Positions 1 to 12,715 of a DNA stretch of 64,000 nucleotides are shown here, one piece after another; position 1 is the first letter of the stretch; each line of letters opens with the position of its first letter. The notes under the pieces were generated by a model, which had not been told where the DNA came from, did no database searches, and was given only the letters and a program-made list of their open reading frames with translations. The stretch is from Camelus ferus (lineage: Eukaryota). The DNA lies in assembly GCF_009834535.1 (NCBI RefSeq), contig NC_045708.1:49538001-49602000 (forward strand), in the 5' to 3' direction. Position numbers and translations under genes: made by a program.

Positions 1-126
1 ATTGTTTTTCTACATAAAATCAGCCTTTGGACATAGAAGGTGCTCAAGTGATTAATAATTTGAATCTGATAAGCTCATTTCCTTAGCAATCTAGAAAAAA
101 TGATACAAATCCAATTCTCTCTCTCC

Positions 127-128
<2 letters not shown>

Positions 129-197
<69 letters not shown>

Positions 198-200
198 ATG
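129..200. repeat. (TG)n microsatellite
   Basis: About 29 perfect TG units, then a TGTA-degenerate end. Confidence 0.98.
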
Positions 201-2039
201 TTGAATGCCGAGAGAGAAAAAGACAGAAAGGAGGACTAGGAAGACACAGTGGCAGCAGGGTCAAACCTGGATGACACCGTGAAACTTCTTTTCTTTGTTT
301 TGCACTTACTCTTCCTATATGAAGTCAGGATTCAAGATCCAGATTATCAATGTTAGCTTCAAGATTGATTTCTAGGAATTCTTCTCCTATTCAGACGTAC
401 TTTAACCAAAATATCACACTGTCATTTATAAATGAGCATGATTTTTCAAGATCTTATGTCTTGCAGAGATAATTTTATTTTAATCTTTCTGCATGATCAG
501 GTTTAAGCTTCTGCTATGTACCAATGTTGGGCATTTCTGGGGAGGGGGAGGGTGAGAATATCCAATGTCCTGTAACAGTGATTCCCCCATCCAGCTGGTT
601 GCCCAAGTCACACAGAACTTCTAGACCTGAGCCCATCCCTGAAGATTCTGAGTCAGGATATCTGGGATGGTCAGGTGCTGGGAAGAAGTATCTTTAAAAA
701 GCTTCCCAAATTGGGCTAATGAACGACGGACATGATAACCGCAAGGGTAAAAAGACTGGGTCCTGCCCACTAAGAGTTTATAGGGCTTCCCAGGAAGACT
801 GGACATAAGGAAAAATATTCAGAAACTTTATTTATGTTACGAAATAGAGAATTTACATGTTTAAAGCAGTTTACCATTTGTGAAGCATCTCGTAAAGTGC
901 TCCCCGTCTTTCCGTAAGGTTGGTAAAGCAGTTGTTTTTATTCTATTTTTTTAATGGCTATTGAGACCAAGACATCAACTGACTTACCAAGAAACCCAAA
1001 ATCTGGATCACATGCATGTTTAAACATTGCATATCCCATGACCTTCACTCAACAGACTCACGGGTCCAAGGAGTGTGTTCACGGTGAAGGAAAATCTAGC
1101 ACAGAAAGCAGAGAGAATGTGGGGTGTGTCTACAGGTGAAATAACACTGATGATCCAGAGACACGTCAGTCAATGTGGGTTTTTCAAATAAAAATCTAAT
1201 GAAAAAAAAGTAGAACTTTTTTTCTCCTCCTCTTTAAGTATTTCAGTGTGTGTGGTTTCCCTTTTGTTTATTTTGGGGTTCCTAAAATCATGTACATGTT
1301 TAATGATAGGGTTAACCAAGTTCATTGTTACCAGTTGTTTATTTTCATTCTATGTTTAAGAAACTAAAGAGGGGCCATGACTACCCTGTCTTCCCACCAC
1401 TGTCAGTACCCAAGATGCTCTTTCTCAAGGCTGCTGGCGCTTAGCTTCACCCATTTTCACTAGCCCAGCCCTTTATGTCAGTGTCCCTGGGGACGCCCTT
1501 TAAGGTAGAAGATAGTAGCCATCAGATGGTGGACATGGGGCTGCCCAATGTCAGAGGCTTTTGTAAGCTTTTGTGAACCAATAGGTATAGACACAGCCAG
1601 TTCACAGAACAGAAAAAGATCTATATGGTGATCAGAGCAGATATATAGGATTAGAAACAGATTCAAATGGGATTAAGGAAGAAGGCAGACTTCCTATGAG
1701 AACTTTCAAGCGATGCTGCTAGACCATGGCTCTCAAATTTCGTGCATGGCACAAGGCACCTGTAGAATAAAGTGCACATATGAGAGGCTCTTCATTAACT
1801 GGGCCCTGCTGACCTCCCCCATCTCGCACCTTCTTGTCCAGTCCTACCAGACTCCTTGCGGTTCTCACACATTCTCACTTTCTTATCTGCCTTTGCCTTG
1901 GCTCACGGAGCCCATTCTGATGAAGATAAAAATCATCTGTTCACGCTCCTGGGACATCCTCCCCTAACGTTAAAATACCTGTTCAAAACTCGGTTCAAGT
2001 GTTATTTCTTCCTACAAAGCCCTTTTTGGACAACTCTCT

Positions 2040-2880
2040 CACCCCAGTACAACTGGCCATTCTTCCTCTTCCCCATCTTAGTCGGTTCTGACCCTGTTCT
2101 CATAGTTGCTATCACCAAAAAATTAGAGTGATCCCTGAATCCTTCGTTTCTCACACACACCACATCCAATCAACCAAATATCCTATTATCTCTACCGTCA
2201 AAATATTTCCCAAATACAGTCACTCCTCACCATCTCCAAAGCTTTCACCCTGGTCTAAGCCACAGTGTGCATTCAGGTGGTTTATTTTAATAGCCTCCTA
2301 ATTATCTTCTCAGGTTTCATCCTAGCCCCATTTCTGTCTAATCTCTACATGACAGTGAGAGTGATCCTTTTAAAATGGATCATGTCACAACTCTTTAATA
2401 CCCTTGAATGTCCTTCCACCTCACTCAGAAAAAGAGCCAGACTTCCAAGAGTGCCTACAAGGCCCTATGTAACCTAGAGCCCCATCGTCTCTCCAACTTC
2501 CTCTTCTCCACCACGTTAGGTCCTTGCCCTTCCCTGTATCTTCAAGCATGTGCCTGCCTCAGGATCTTTGCACTTGCTCTCCTTTTGCCTGGAACCCTCA
2601 TCCCTGATAACCACATGGTATATTCGCTTACTTCCTAGAGGTCTTTGCTCAGATAGCACCAAGCCAGAAAGGCCACTCTTGGGCGTACCGTATAAACTAG
2701 CAGCCGCTACCTCAAAACTCCCCATCTCCTGCGTCTGCTTTTTCTTGTACAGGGACTTCTCTCCACCTGATACAAGATATATTATTTATTTGTTCATCAT
2801 CTATTTTTCCATATACAGCAAGAATTTCTTCTGTTACTGTCTTCAACACTCAGTATGGTGCTTGGTACATGTCTTTTGAT
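2040..2880 (+). mobile_element. LINE-2 3' region
   Basis: Typical L2 motifs (catccaatc, gtgatccttttaaaa, cctacaaggccct, tggtgcttggtacat tail). Confidence 0.8.
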
Positions 2881-3134
2881 CTGCCAGCCATGACCTGGAG
2901 AAAAGCCATCACACATACCGTGGGCTTAAAATAAAAAATGTATGGGAAAAAAATGGAGATATTTTTTGTAACTTTCTTCTTGACACAATTACTTATTTTA
3001 TTAATGGGCAAAAACTCAAGACCTTCTCACTGTACTAAATACTCTTAGACATGGGAGTAAATGGCAAAACTTTACTACTTTCAACTAACAAAATCCAATC
3101 TGTTTCAACTGCCAATCAGTTCATTTAAGGCTGG

Positions 3135-3530
3135 GTAGTATACTGGTTTAAGGATCAAGACTCTGGAGTCAGGCTGTGTATTTTTATTGTTTGTTTATTT
3201 TATTTTTTAGCTTTATTTTTTTAAAATTTTTTGAAACATTTATTTGGAGGGAGCAGGTAATTAAGTTTATTCATTCATTTATTTATTTTTTAATGGAGGT
3301 CCTGGGTATTGAATCCAGGACCTCATTCATGCTGTGTATTTTTAAAATTCTAGCTTGAACACTTACTATTTGTGTATCTTGGAAATGTACTTATCATCTC
3401 TGTTCTTTGTATATAAATGGAGATAATAATACGTTACTTCATCACATTAATGAGAGGATTTAATGACCTATAATCCATAAAACTCTTAAAATAGTGCCTT
3501 GTAAATAGGAAAATCTTACTCTTAGCTATT
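3135..3530 (+). mobile_element. MIR SINE interrupted by a camelid SINE
   Basis: ggtttaaggatcaagactctggagtcagg ... cacttactatttgtgtatcttgg ... taaatggagataataat ... gaggatttaatga. Confidence 0.75.
3187..3330 (-). mobile_element. 5'-truncated camelid tRNA-derived SINE (vic-1-like)
   Basis: aatggaggtcctgggtattgaatccaggacctcat; exact 14-bp TSD gctgtgtattttta at 3173-3186 and 3331-3344. Confidence 0.85.
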
Positions 3531-5414
3531 GTTATTGTTATTATTCTAGAATATAGTTTTTATTACTTTCAATGGCACATAATAACTGTCAACAAGGTCT
3601 TTCCTAGCAGGTCCGGCCAGTCTTGACTCAAAGAATACATAAAAACTATTTATGATTAACATTTATTTCTATAAAAGTAGTTCATATATTAGGGTCCAGA
3701 CATTTTCTTAAGTTTAAAATGCTTTCCCAGGTACATCCTCAGCTCAGCCCAAGTCAAGTTATTCCACATTCTTTATTGGAAAACTCCAAGTTAGTGGTGT
3801 TTCATTTTGTGTTCCCTCCTGAAGTCTGAGGGTTGATTCTCTTGTTTGTAAAAACACGGCATCAGGTGTAAGTTTGGTCCTGACATAGGTAACACTTAGC
3901 ATTAAAAAAGGAAGACCAGAGACTTTTACCAAATTTTACTTCAGCAGATGAAGAAAGACACAGGACATTAATTTAGAGACAAGCAAGTGGATTATAATTT
4001 GGCTAATCCTTTTGTACTGTAATCCAATTTGCCTCACAAAGCATCCGCTACCCACACACCACCTGAGGGACCGCGTGAGCTGATGAGAGACACCTCTCAT
4101 TCTGTGCGTGGAGTGCTTTGCACCGGTGACGTGTGACCTGGTAACCAGTGTGTATCTGGAAAGGCTGCAGCATCCTCATGAATCAGCGTCTGTTAGAAAT
4201 GAGACCAGGTCACCAGCGACTTTGCCATGAGAAGAATTATACAAAAAGGAAGAGAGAAGCACAGAAGTATAGCTCAGAGAGGAAGATGATGGATTCTGAG
4301 TCTGTCACCTCCCAGAAGGGAGAAAGGGCCGCCTAGTTAGTGGTGATGCCGGACTGGAATCCAGGTCTCCCCAAGTCCAGGTTCCTTCCCCTCCACCGTG
4401 CTCTTAGGGCAGGTAAAGGAGGTTGTGAATTATCTAGAAGTCTGGGAAAAGGTCATCTTGACTTGAAAAGGGCTCATAAATTCTGAATGAGAGTAAGTGG
4501 ACTAGAAGAAACAGGACAGATAATATAAAACACCATTTGTTTAATGTTGCCTTTGAAAACGAATGGCTTTGCTCTGAGGTATTTTTTCTCAGGGGAAGTG
4601 GCCAGATGAGCTGGCAAGTGAGGATAGAAGGACTTTACTGTCCAGCGTCCCTTACAGGGATACTTTGTATGAAAACGGGTCAGGTCCCAGGCCTACAAAT
4701 ATGAATGGAGGGTCATTGTTCTCCGGGAGATCTGGGGAACGGCATTTACTGCTAAGTTTTTGATTAAATGAGGGGAAAACACACTTCACAGACTGAACAT
4801 GAGTTTTTTTTTTTTTTTTAAATAAAGGGCTTTGCCAATTTATGTCAGTAGAAAAGCTGTTAACTCTTTCCAGTCAAAGACACAGGAAGAATTAGTTATT
4901 GTTGCCTAAAATAAGCTAAAGAGATGATCCACCTTGAAGAATTGAAGAGTGTGTAAAAATAAGTTAGCGCCCACATCTCATTCTTAAACCCTCAGGTCTT
5001 CGTTTACCTTAACAGAGTGACCACCACTTGTACTGTGCTAGGAAAAAAAAAACTATTAACCTATAGGTGCACCTTACTTAAATTCAGATTTATGAAAAAA
5101 GATAGATGAGGGAGTGATTTTATTTTACACATATTTATAAAATTCTTTAATGTATCAAGTCTCTGGTGTGTTTGATATCAACCGATTCATACATATCTGA
5201 AGTACACATGGCATTTTCCACCCTGCCTAAAAAATGTTTATCAAGGAGAGGGTGAGACAGATACGCCTGTAAGTATTTCAAATTATATGTGGTTTCGCAA
5301 GTAGAATACCCAGCTATAGTGTATGCCAGAAAGGTCTAGGTGGTTCGGATGAGACCTGACGGTAGATCTGTGCAGGACATGAGCTGTCAGCTCTAGAAAG
5401 CAGTAGAACAGCTG

Positions 5415-5590
5415 GAAGTATTCTCCGCGTGTGGTCCACAGACTACTGGCACTGGAAGTCCCTAAAGTGCTTGTTGTAAATTCCGATTAACCCCATTCGA
5501 CCGAGTATCAGGGAGTGGGGCCCCAGTAACTGCACTGAATGAGCTCCTTAGTTTGTTCTGACGTGCCTTCAAGTTTGCCAGCCATTGGGA
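5415..5590. mobile_element. MER5A-like hAT-Charlie DNA transposon relic
   Basis: gtgtggtccacagac ... gagtatcagggagtggggcccc ... caagtttg. Confidence 0.7.
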
Positions 5591-5983
5591 CTATTTGTTT
5601 ACAGGCTATGTTTCACCTTTGCAGAAATTGATGATCCTAATTTTTATGTTAACAAATGAAAATCCAAGTTCCTCAGTTTGTGATGAAATACATATAAGCG
5701 TCATTTTTTGAGCCCAAATACCCTTTCTTTAGGTGAACTAAAGAGGAAAGTTTATGCTATCTCAGCTGCGTTTTGTTTTACATCCTTTCTTAAGGCCTCC
5801 TGTTTCCCACCAAGTAGAGATTAGTGGTGTCTTTCTTCTGCATATTCCTTTGTCACATGATCCTACAAACGTTTGTTTACATGGCTATCTCCTGTCTGCA
5901 CCACTGTGATCCCCGTGAGAGAAGGAAAATCATTGCTAGGAGATCATCTTTTATTATCACCAACTAAAGATAAATGGAAACAC

Positions 5984-5995
5984 TGCGTGCGTGTG

Positions 5996-6031
<36 letters not shown>

Positions 6032-6032
6032 T
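5984..6032. repeat. (GCGT)n / (TGCG)n microsatellite
   Basis: 49 bp of purine-pyrimidine alternation containing 11 CpGs. Confidence 0.97.
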
Positions 6033-8654
6033 CCCTTAAAGCATTCAAGTAGGATAGTAAAATAATATGCAAGTCCTGTTGCTCATACCCCGGGCTCCCC
6101 TTGACTCACTGCATAGCCTCTTTGAAGGCATTCGCCCTCTCTCTCCTTCAGTGTCTTCACCTGCAAACTATGAAAATGTTACAACTTCCTCTACTTCATT
6201 ACATTGTTCAAGAGAAAGTGGAGCATTGGTGTTTCCATGTTCTATGCAGGACAGATTTATTCATATGCAGGAGGCCAAGTGATCCAGAGCAGAGATATAT
6301 TCAGCCTAATAAAATGTAATAATTTGATTTTTACCATAAAAGAGAAGAAGTAAGAATTAATTGAAGAGAGTTAATTTTTCACTGTTTCCAGTGGATCTTC
6401 CTTCCCGTATTTTCCATTTCAGTCTAGGTCTGTGATCTAGCAAGTGCTAAGTGCAGTTAACCTTCACAATGTCCCATCCTCATTCTTCATTCTTACCTCC
6501 CTTTTGATTTCATGTTTAATTTGTGTTTTACTTTTTGAGGACGATTAGCAATAGATTCACAGCTGAACATTTTCTCAAAAGTAACCAAGATACTGTTATT
6601 ATTAAATGTTCTTTCAGTTTGTAAAATAAAGGAATTATACTGCCTTCTAGGTTCTGGCACTTAAAAGAGTAAAATTGGTAGAAATATGATTTTTAAAAAA
6701 AGAAAAAATGATTCTACTTAACACAAGAAGCAGAAGCGGAACCCTTATCTTCTTAATTTTTTCCCAGCAATAAAACACAGGCCTGCTTTAATTAATATGA
6801 AATCGTCTCATGTTCTATTTAGCATTATTTAGCATCTAAATATGTCCTCATTAGTTTTCTTCAATTAGAATCCTAGTACCTACATGGTAACTTGAGGATA
6901 AAGAGAAGGTGAAGGGTTCAGGGGTTTCCCATGACTGGAAGGAAACAGAATGAATTCATTTAGTGTTTGCTGAAGAAGCAAAGACGTGACTATTTTAGAC
7001 TTTGTTTTCTTAGATCATTTGGGCACAAAAATGTCCTGTGTCATTAACCCTAGTTTCTCTTCTTTTTTTTTTTTTTTCCAAAGCAAAACATAACAAATTC
7101 CCTAAACATTGGACTAGGAGTCCTTAAAGCAAATTCAAACTGCTGGCTTTTTTATCCCATGAATTTTACAAAGATGGGTTTTTGCAGGAGCTCTTGAGCT
7201 TGGGATGGGAACTTACGCCTCCCCGCTATTGAGCTTCTGAGGGACCCCTGTAGGGACAATTCAAACACCCACGAAAATCACTCTCCTGATGCTGCGTTTC
7301 TTATGTGTAGTAGCCCTAAGGCCTGGAGACTCAACAAACAAGGGTGTTTGACAACATATTCCTAAAACATTGTCGGTAGGTAAAGACCTCTTTAATGGAA
7401 TCATCTTTAGAAGTCTTGGAAATTGTGGGCTGTTTAAACTTTCTCTGGATATAAAAATCCCAGGTCTCCTTCTGAATATCAAGGACTGTCCTACCCAGTC
7501 CTTCTGGCCTTGTCTAAGTCTTAGCTCATCTATAAAACTCTTGTCCAATGCCTCATAAAATTTCTATTGTGTTATAGACAGAAGCACATAGTTTGCCACG
7601 TGATGCTTTAATGCTGTGTATTCTCCTTTTGCTTCCTGTGTATTTTACCTCCCCATCGAGTTTTTTAATTACTTGGGGACAGAGATTAGATTAAGATCTC
7701 AAGAGAAACCCTAGGTAGTGAAATAAATGTTGGCATCCCCTCCACTAACACATCTAATTCAAAATAAGAAATGATGTTATATAGTCAAACAAGAATAAGA
7801 AAGTTTAGCAAATTGCAAAATTTTCTGTATTTGTTTGGAAAATGTTATTCTTTAGAATTCTTTTCCTGTTTTTGGTGCCCTAAGCAAATGCATAGGTGGC
7901 CTTTTGGGCAATCTAACCTGTTTGAAGATTAGAAATAAATATTATCCACCTTGTGTGTTCCTAAGAATAATTGGATTCTGTCAACATCTGCTAGTTTGAT
8001 TAACAGAGTCCTGTAGTAAATCTCTATAAAATTAGAAGACACATTAGAAAATCATTTTCTTCTGAATTATTGGCTTTAAGTGTGTGTTCTGTATATCTGA
8101 TTTTTTTTTTTAAATAAGGGAAACATTCTATTTCTGTAGCTTAGATGTCCTCCTTTTCAAACTGCCCCAACAGGAAAGTCTACTCTCAGCAATGCTTCTG
8201 CATTAGTGAGCAATAAAAATTTTGCTAAATATTTTTAGGGGTGATGAAGACATTTTAATATTATGCACCTACAGCAAACTTGAAATCGTCTATTTTCATT
8301 GGTTTTCTCTAAAGTGGAGCACTGACAACCCTGCTTCAGGGAAGTGGGGAGAGGTCTCTGACCCTTCTCTCTATCCTATGCCCTCACTCCACTTTCTGGA
8401 TTTACTACCAAAGTCTGAAGCATCTTATCAAGCCATTTCCTAGACCATGCTAGATTCCTCCTTACAAGGAGTCTTGACCCAATTGCCAAACAATAAAATT
8501 TTCTCAGACAATATTTAGGCCAAGGATATGATGGTTAGGCTCAAGATAAGCCTGAGAGAATGATCTTGTCCAAGTGATGGGACACATTCTCCTTGACCTC
8601 TGTTTTGACATCACCCTTCCTTTGCAAGTTATGTTCATTTTTTTCCCCCTTCTA

Positions 8655-9400
8655 GTAGACTTTATTTTTTAGAGACCCCCCCTACCCCCACACATGTATG
8701 TCCTTTCCCACTGACAACATCCCCCAATAGAGCGGTCCGTTTGTTATAATTGAAGAACCCACACATTGTCACCCAAAGTCCATAGTGTACATTTCGGATC
8801 ACTCTTAGCATCGTTGTGCAGTCTATGAGTTGGGACAAATATATAATGACATGGAGTCAATGCTGTAGGATCATGCAGAAAACTCCACTGCCCTACGAGT
8901 CCTCTGTGTTCACCCCTNNNNNNNNNNNNNNNNNNNNNNNNNNNNNNNNNNNNNNNNNNNNNNNNNNNNNNNNNNNNNNNNNNNNNNNNNNNNNNNNNNN
9001 NNNNNNNNNNNNNNNNNNNNNNNNNNNNNNNNNNNNNNNNNNNNNNNNNNNNNNNNNNNNNNNNNNNNNNNNNNNNNNNNNNNNNNNNCATCTCATTTGA
9101 GCTCTGAATAATATTCCCTTATCTGGAGGTACCGCAGTTTATTTATCCATTCAACTACTGAAGGACATCTTGATTGTTTTCAAGTTTGAGCAATTATGAA
9201 TAAAATTTCTATCAACGTTCATGTACAGGTTTTCATGTGGACATAAGTTTTCAACTCCTTTGAGTAAAATACCAAGGAGCTCAATTGCCAGATTGTATGT
9301 AAGAGTAGGTTTGATTTTATAGGAAACTGCTATACTCTCTTCCCAGTGGCTGTTCCATTTGCGTGCCCACCAGCAGTGAAGGAGGATTTCTCTTGCCCCA
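8655..9400 (-). mobile_element. Old L1 (L1MB/L1MC-like) 3' end, spanning an assembly gap
   Basis: cacccaaagtccatagtgtacatt, ggacaaatatataatgacat, ttatccattcaactactgaaggacatcttgattg. Confidence 0.85.
8918..9088. other. Assembly gap (171 N)
   Basis: Run of N. Confidence 1.
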
Positions 9401-10279
9401 CAGCTCTGCTCACAGGGGTTGGTGGAATCACTTGGCTCATAGCACCTACTACTGTGAGTGGCTGACTAAGCACATGGTTCCCTTAAAAGACTATCTTCTA
9501 GTCACTTAAGAAAATGGAGCTCAAGGCACAATGGATTTCATTTGAGGTCAAAAACAGACCTAGGTGAGACCCAGTTCTGTTCCTCATTTGCTATGCAACT
9601 TGCCGAGTTATTTATTTAATCTCTCATATACTTTGGTTTTCTATTCTTCTAAATAAGGTTAAGACATGCCAACATGTTTTAAAGAATATTTATCTAACAA
9701 TATTCTTATTAAAGAACAGAGCAAATATTCTGATAAACTTTACAGTTTCTTAATGAGTGACATTGTAAGAGGTGGAATAAAAGAATCTTATGCATGGTTA
9801 CCTAATAACAAGAATGTGTTTTTCTTCTTCACCACTTAAAGTAATAAAGTGCAATGTGAGTATAAATTTAGAAATTTAAAAATACTTCTGTATCTATCAA
9901 ATCGAGAAGTGAGAATGAGGAGGATTCATGGGATGATCTAATGGGAATAAACAACATATGTGAAAGAAAAAAATTGAAACAATTTTTTGGGGGGCTTGAA
10001 TGTCAAGGCTTGTGTCCATTAAGCTCCCAACACTTACTTAGTCCTCAAAATTATTACTCCGTTGTCAGTCTTGTTGGGAAACTGTCCCAGTCTATTAGAC
10101 CTGTTATTATTAACATATACATAATTTCTCACCCTGTAGATGCTAAAAAGAAAAAAAGCACAGCATTTTTTCCCTAGTAATTCTATCGTTTGTGACAAGA
10201 CCTATGTTGTGGTTTGCTAGGGTGATGAAGGGTGTGTCTTAGGAAGGCTGGCTCTGGACTAAGCAAAGTGGCTTAAAAA

Positions 10280-10690
10280 AAAAAAAAAGAATTAAATAAT
10301 GCCAGTTGCAGCGACTTGGATGGACCTGGAGATCGTCATTCTAAGTGAAGTAAGCCAGAAAGAGAAAAAAAATGCCATATGATATCACTTTAGATGTGGA
10401 ATCTAAAAAAAAGGACACAAATGAACTTACCCACAAAACAGAAACAGACTCACAGACACAGAGAACAAACTTATGGTTACCAGGGAGTAAAGGGGGTGGG
10501 AAGGGAAAAATTGGGAATTCGAAAATTGCATCTCTTGGGGAGCGATGCAAACGTTAGATATCTTGATTGTGGTGCTGGCTTCATAGGTATACACATCTGT
10601 CAAAATTCATCAAATTGTACATCTGAAATATGTGTAGCTTACGGTACAAAAATTATGCCACGATAAAGCTATTTTAAAAAATTAAAAAAG
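10280..10690 (+). mobile_element. L1 3' UTR fragments (cetartiodactyl-type L1 followed by an older L1M end)
   Basis: ttggatggacctggagatcgtcattctaagtgaagtaagccaga ... acagactcacagac ... cttatggttaccaggg; then gtcaaaattcatcaaattgtacat ... aataaagc-like end. Confidence 0.85.
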
Positions 10691-11859
10691 AAATTCACTT
10701 GAGTCTCCAGTTGCAAGGTCTGGCCCTTAATCTTGGGGATCCAGGCACTTGATTTTGCCAGTGCTCAGAGGTAAGCGAGCTCTGGGATTATGGGAACAGT
10801 CATGTGGCCCAGACTCACCAGAGATTCGTATATTAAACACACCTCTAGTTTATTAATTTATAATGAGAAAGAAAAGGCTAAGGGGCAGGAAAGGCAGTGG
10901 AGACAGACCCCAAGGGCTTCCTTTTCCTGGCTTGTGTGGGTTACCGAACTTCTCTACGCCTCAGTCCTTCCCTGTGAGTGGCGGTAATAATAGGACCCAA
11001 CTTGACAAGATGCTATGAGAGCTAATGATAAGGTATATAAAATGCATCAGCACCCTGCTTGTCACTCGCCAAACACTCAAGTGTTAGAGGAAGAGGAAAC
11101 TTCAGGCTGTTTTGGTCAGTGGGTTCCCTCTCAGAATGAGCTATTTCATTGATGTGTGCAGAGAGGGAATCAAAAGGAATCAGGAGATTGTCATGAAGGA
11201 GCTCCTGGCTTGAGCCGTCCTTTCCCACTACGGAGATCGACTTTCCAGTGACACCCTGCTTGCTGGAGCTCCTTTCCCGAACGGCTCCTAGAGACGCACT
11301 GGGTATCGGGTTTGATGTTTTAGACATTGTTTTATATTCTTCATGCTGGGCATTGACCTTTCGGTTGATGCAGACTTTCTTTCGTTCCAACTCATGACCA
11401 ACAACTGGCACGGATGTGGCAATATCTCCACCAATGCCTGGGGCAGACACCAGGAACCATCCAGGCTCTGTTTCTGCTGAGCCTGGACTCGCCCTCTGAG
11501 TTCTCATCACTGCCCTCCAGGCAGCTGCTACCAATAGCTCATAATTTTTACTGGAATTGAGATGTATTTGCCATCCTGGGGACAGGTCACAGTGGAGTCA
11601 CCACTCCCTGCTTTTAGCTTAAAAACACACAGTTTCTCATCACAGGGTGCTGTTTCCATTCATCAGCTCTTCACCTGGCTAAGGGGTCTTGGGAGACTGC
11701 AGGTACCGTCCACAGCCTCAGACTATGAGAGGGCAAAGATAAAAGTTCTACTGGTGAACTCCTGAGTTTCTCTGTCAGATATTATGCATGCAAAAGAGTT
11801 TGGGCTTTTGGCATTTCCATTCACTGGCTTTCTTAACCTATTCATAAATTTTATGATAA

Positions 11860-12715
11860 GGGCGAATGATGAAACTGTTCTATGGAATCCACATTATAGA
11901 ACAGTGCTCAGTGACAAGAAGCATGAACTGCTGACACGTACAACAGACCGGAGGGGTCTCAGAGGAATCAACTGGGTTGAAAAAGCTAATCTCAAAAGGT
12001 TACATATTGTAGGATTCCATTTATATAATATTCTTGAAATGACAAATTTATAGAGAGGGGGGAAAGATGAGTAGTTACCAGGGAGAGGGGAGAGGGGAGG
12101 GGGCTGTGGCTGTTAGAGCAGAACAAGGGAAGAGTTTTCAGGAGAAACCAAACCTGCCTAAGCCTTAGTCTTGGACTTCTAGCCTGCAAAATTGTGAGAA
12201 GATAAATTTCTGTTGTTTAAACAAACAAACAAAAGAATAGTTCAAGGGAGTCCCTCTAATTGGACTGTTCTGTAGCTTGACTGTAATGGCAGTTGTAAGA
12301 ATCTACGTATGTTAGAAAACTGCGCGCACACACATACACACACACACACACACACATACACACACGAAGTGACAGAAGACAGTAACATGACTATCCAGGA
12401 CGTGAACCCAGGACTTTCAACTCCACTTTCAATAATATTTATTGTGATTCCCTGCTATAAAAATAATACATCTCATTGCAAAATACCCATACACAAACAC
12501 ACACACAATACATATGAATGCTTGTTTTAAGTCTGGTGAAATCTGAATAATTGAGTAAATCGTATCAATGTCAATTTCCTGGTTGGGCTGTTGTCCTATA
12601 GTCATACAAGACTTACCACTGGAATGGGAAACTGAGTGAAGGGTGCATGGTTCTCTCTTTATCATTTCTGACAATTGCATGTGAGACTAACGTTATCTCA
12701 AAAGATTTTTAAAAG
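11860..12715 (+). mobile_element. Fragmented old L1M 3' end with an MLT1 fragment (~12118-12220) and a (CA)n run (~12324-12365)
   Basis: aaaggttacatattgtaggattccatttatataatattcttgaaatgacaaa; gacttctagcctgcaaaattgtgagaagataaatttctgttgtttaa; tgtcaatttcctggtt. Confidence 0.7.

Noticed and set aside
10762-10770. Possible 9-nt exon ttgccag|TGCTCAGAG|gtaagc in intron 1
   Set aside because: Very short pyrimidine tract and no clear branch point; this match is expected by chance.
11022-11534. 170-aa minus-strand ORF (MVAAAWRAV...), the longest ORF in the track that does not span an N gap
   Set aside because: No recognisable domain or family, no splice or promoter support, and one end overlaps a MIR. 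The length is within what chance allows in 64 kb. A BLASTp or PhyloCSF hit would be needed.
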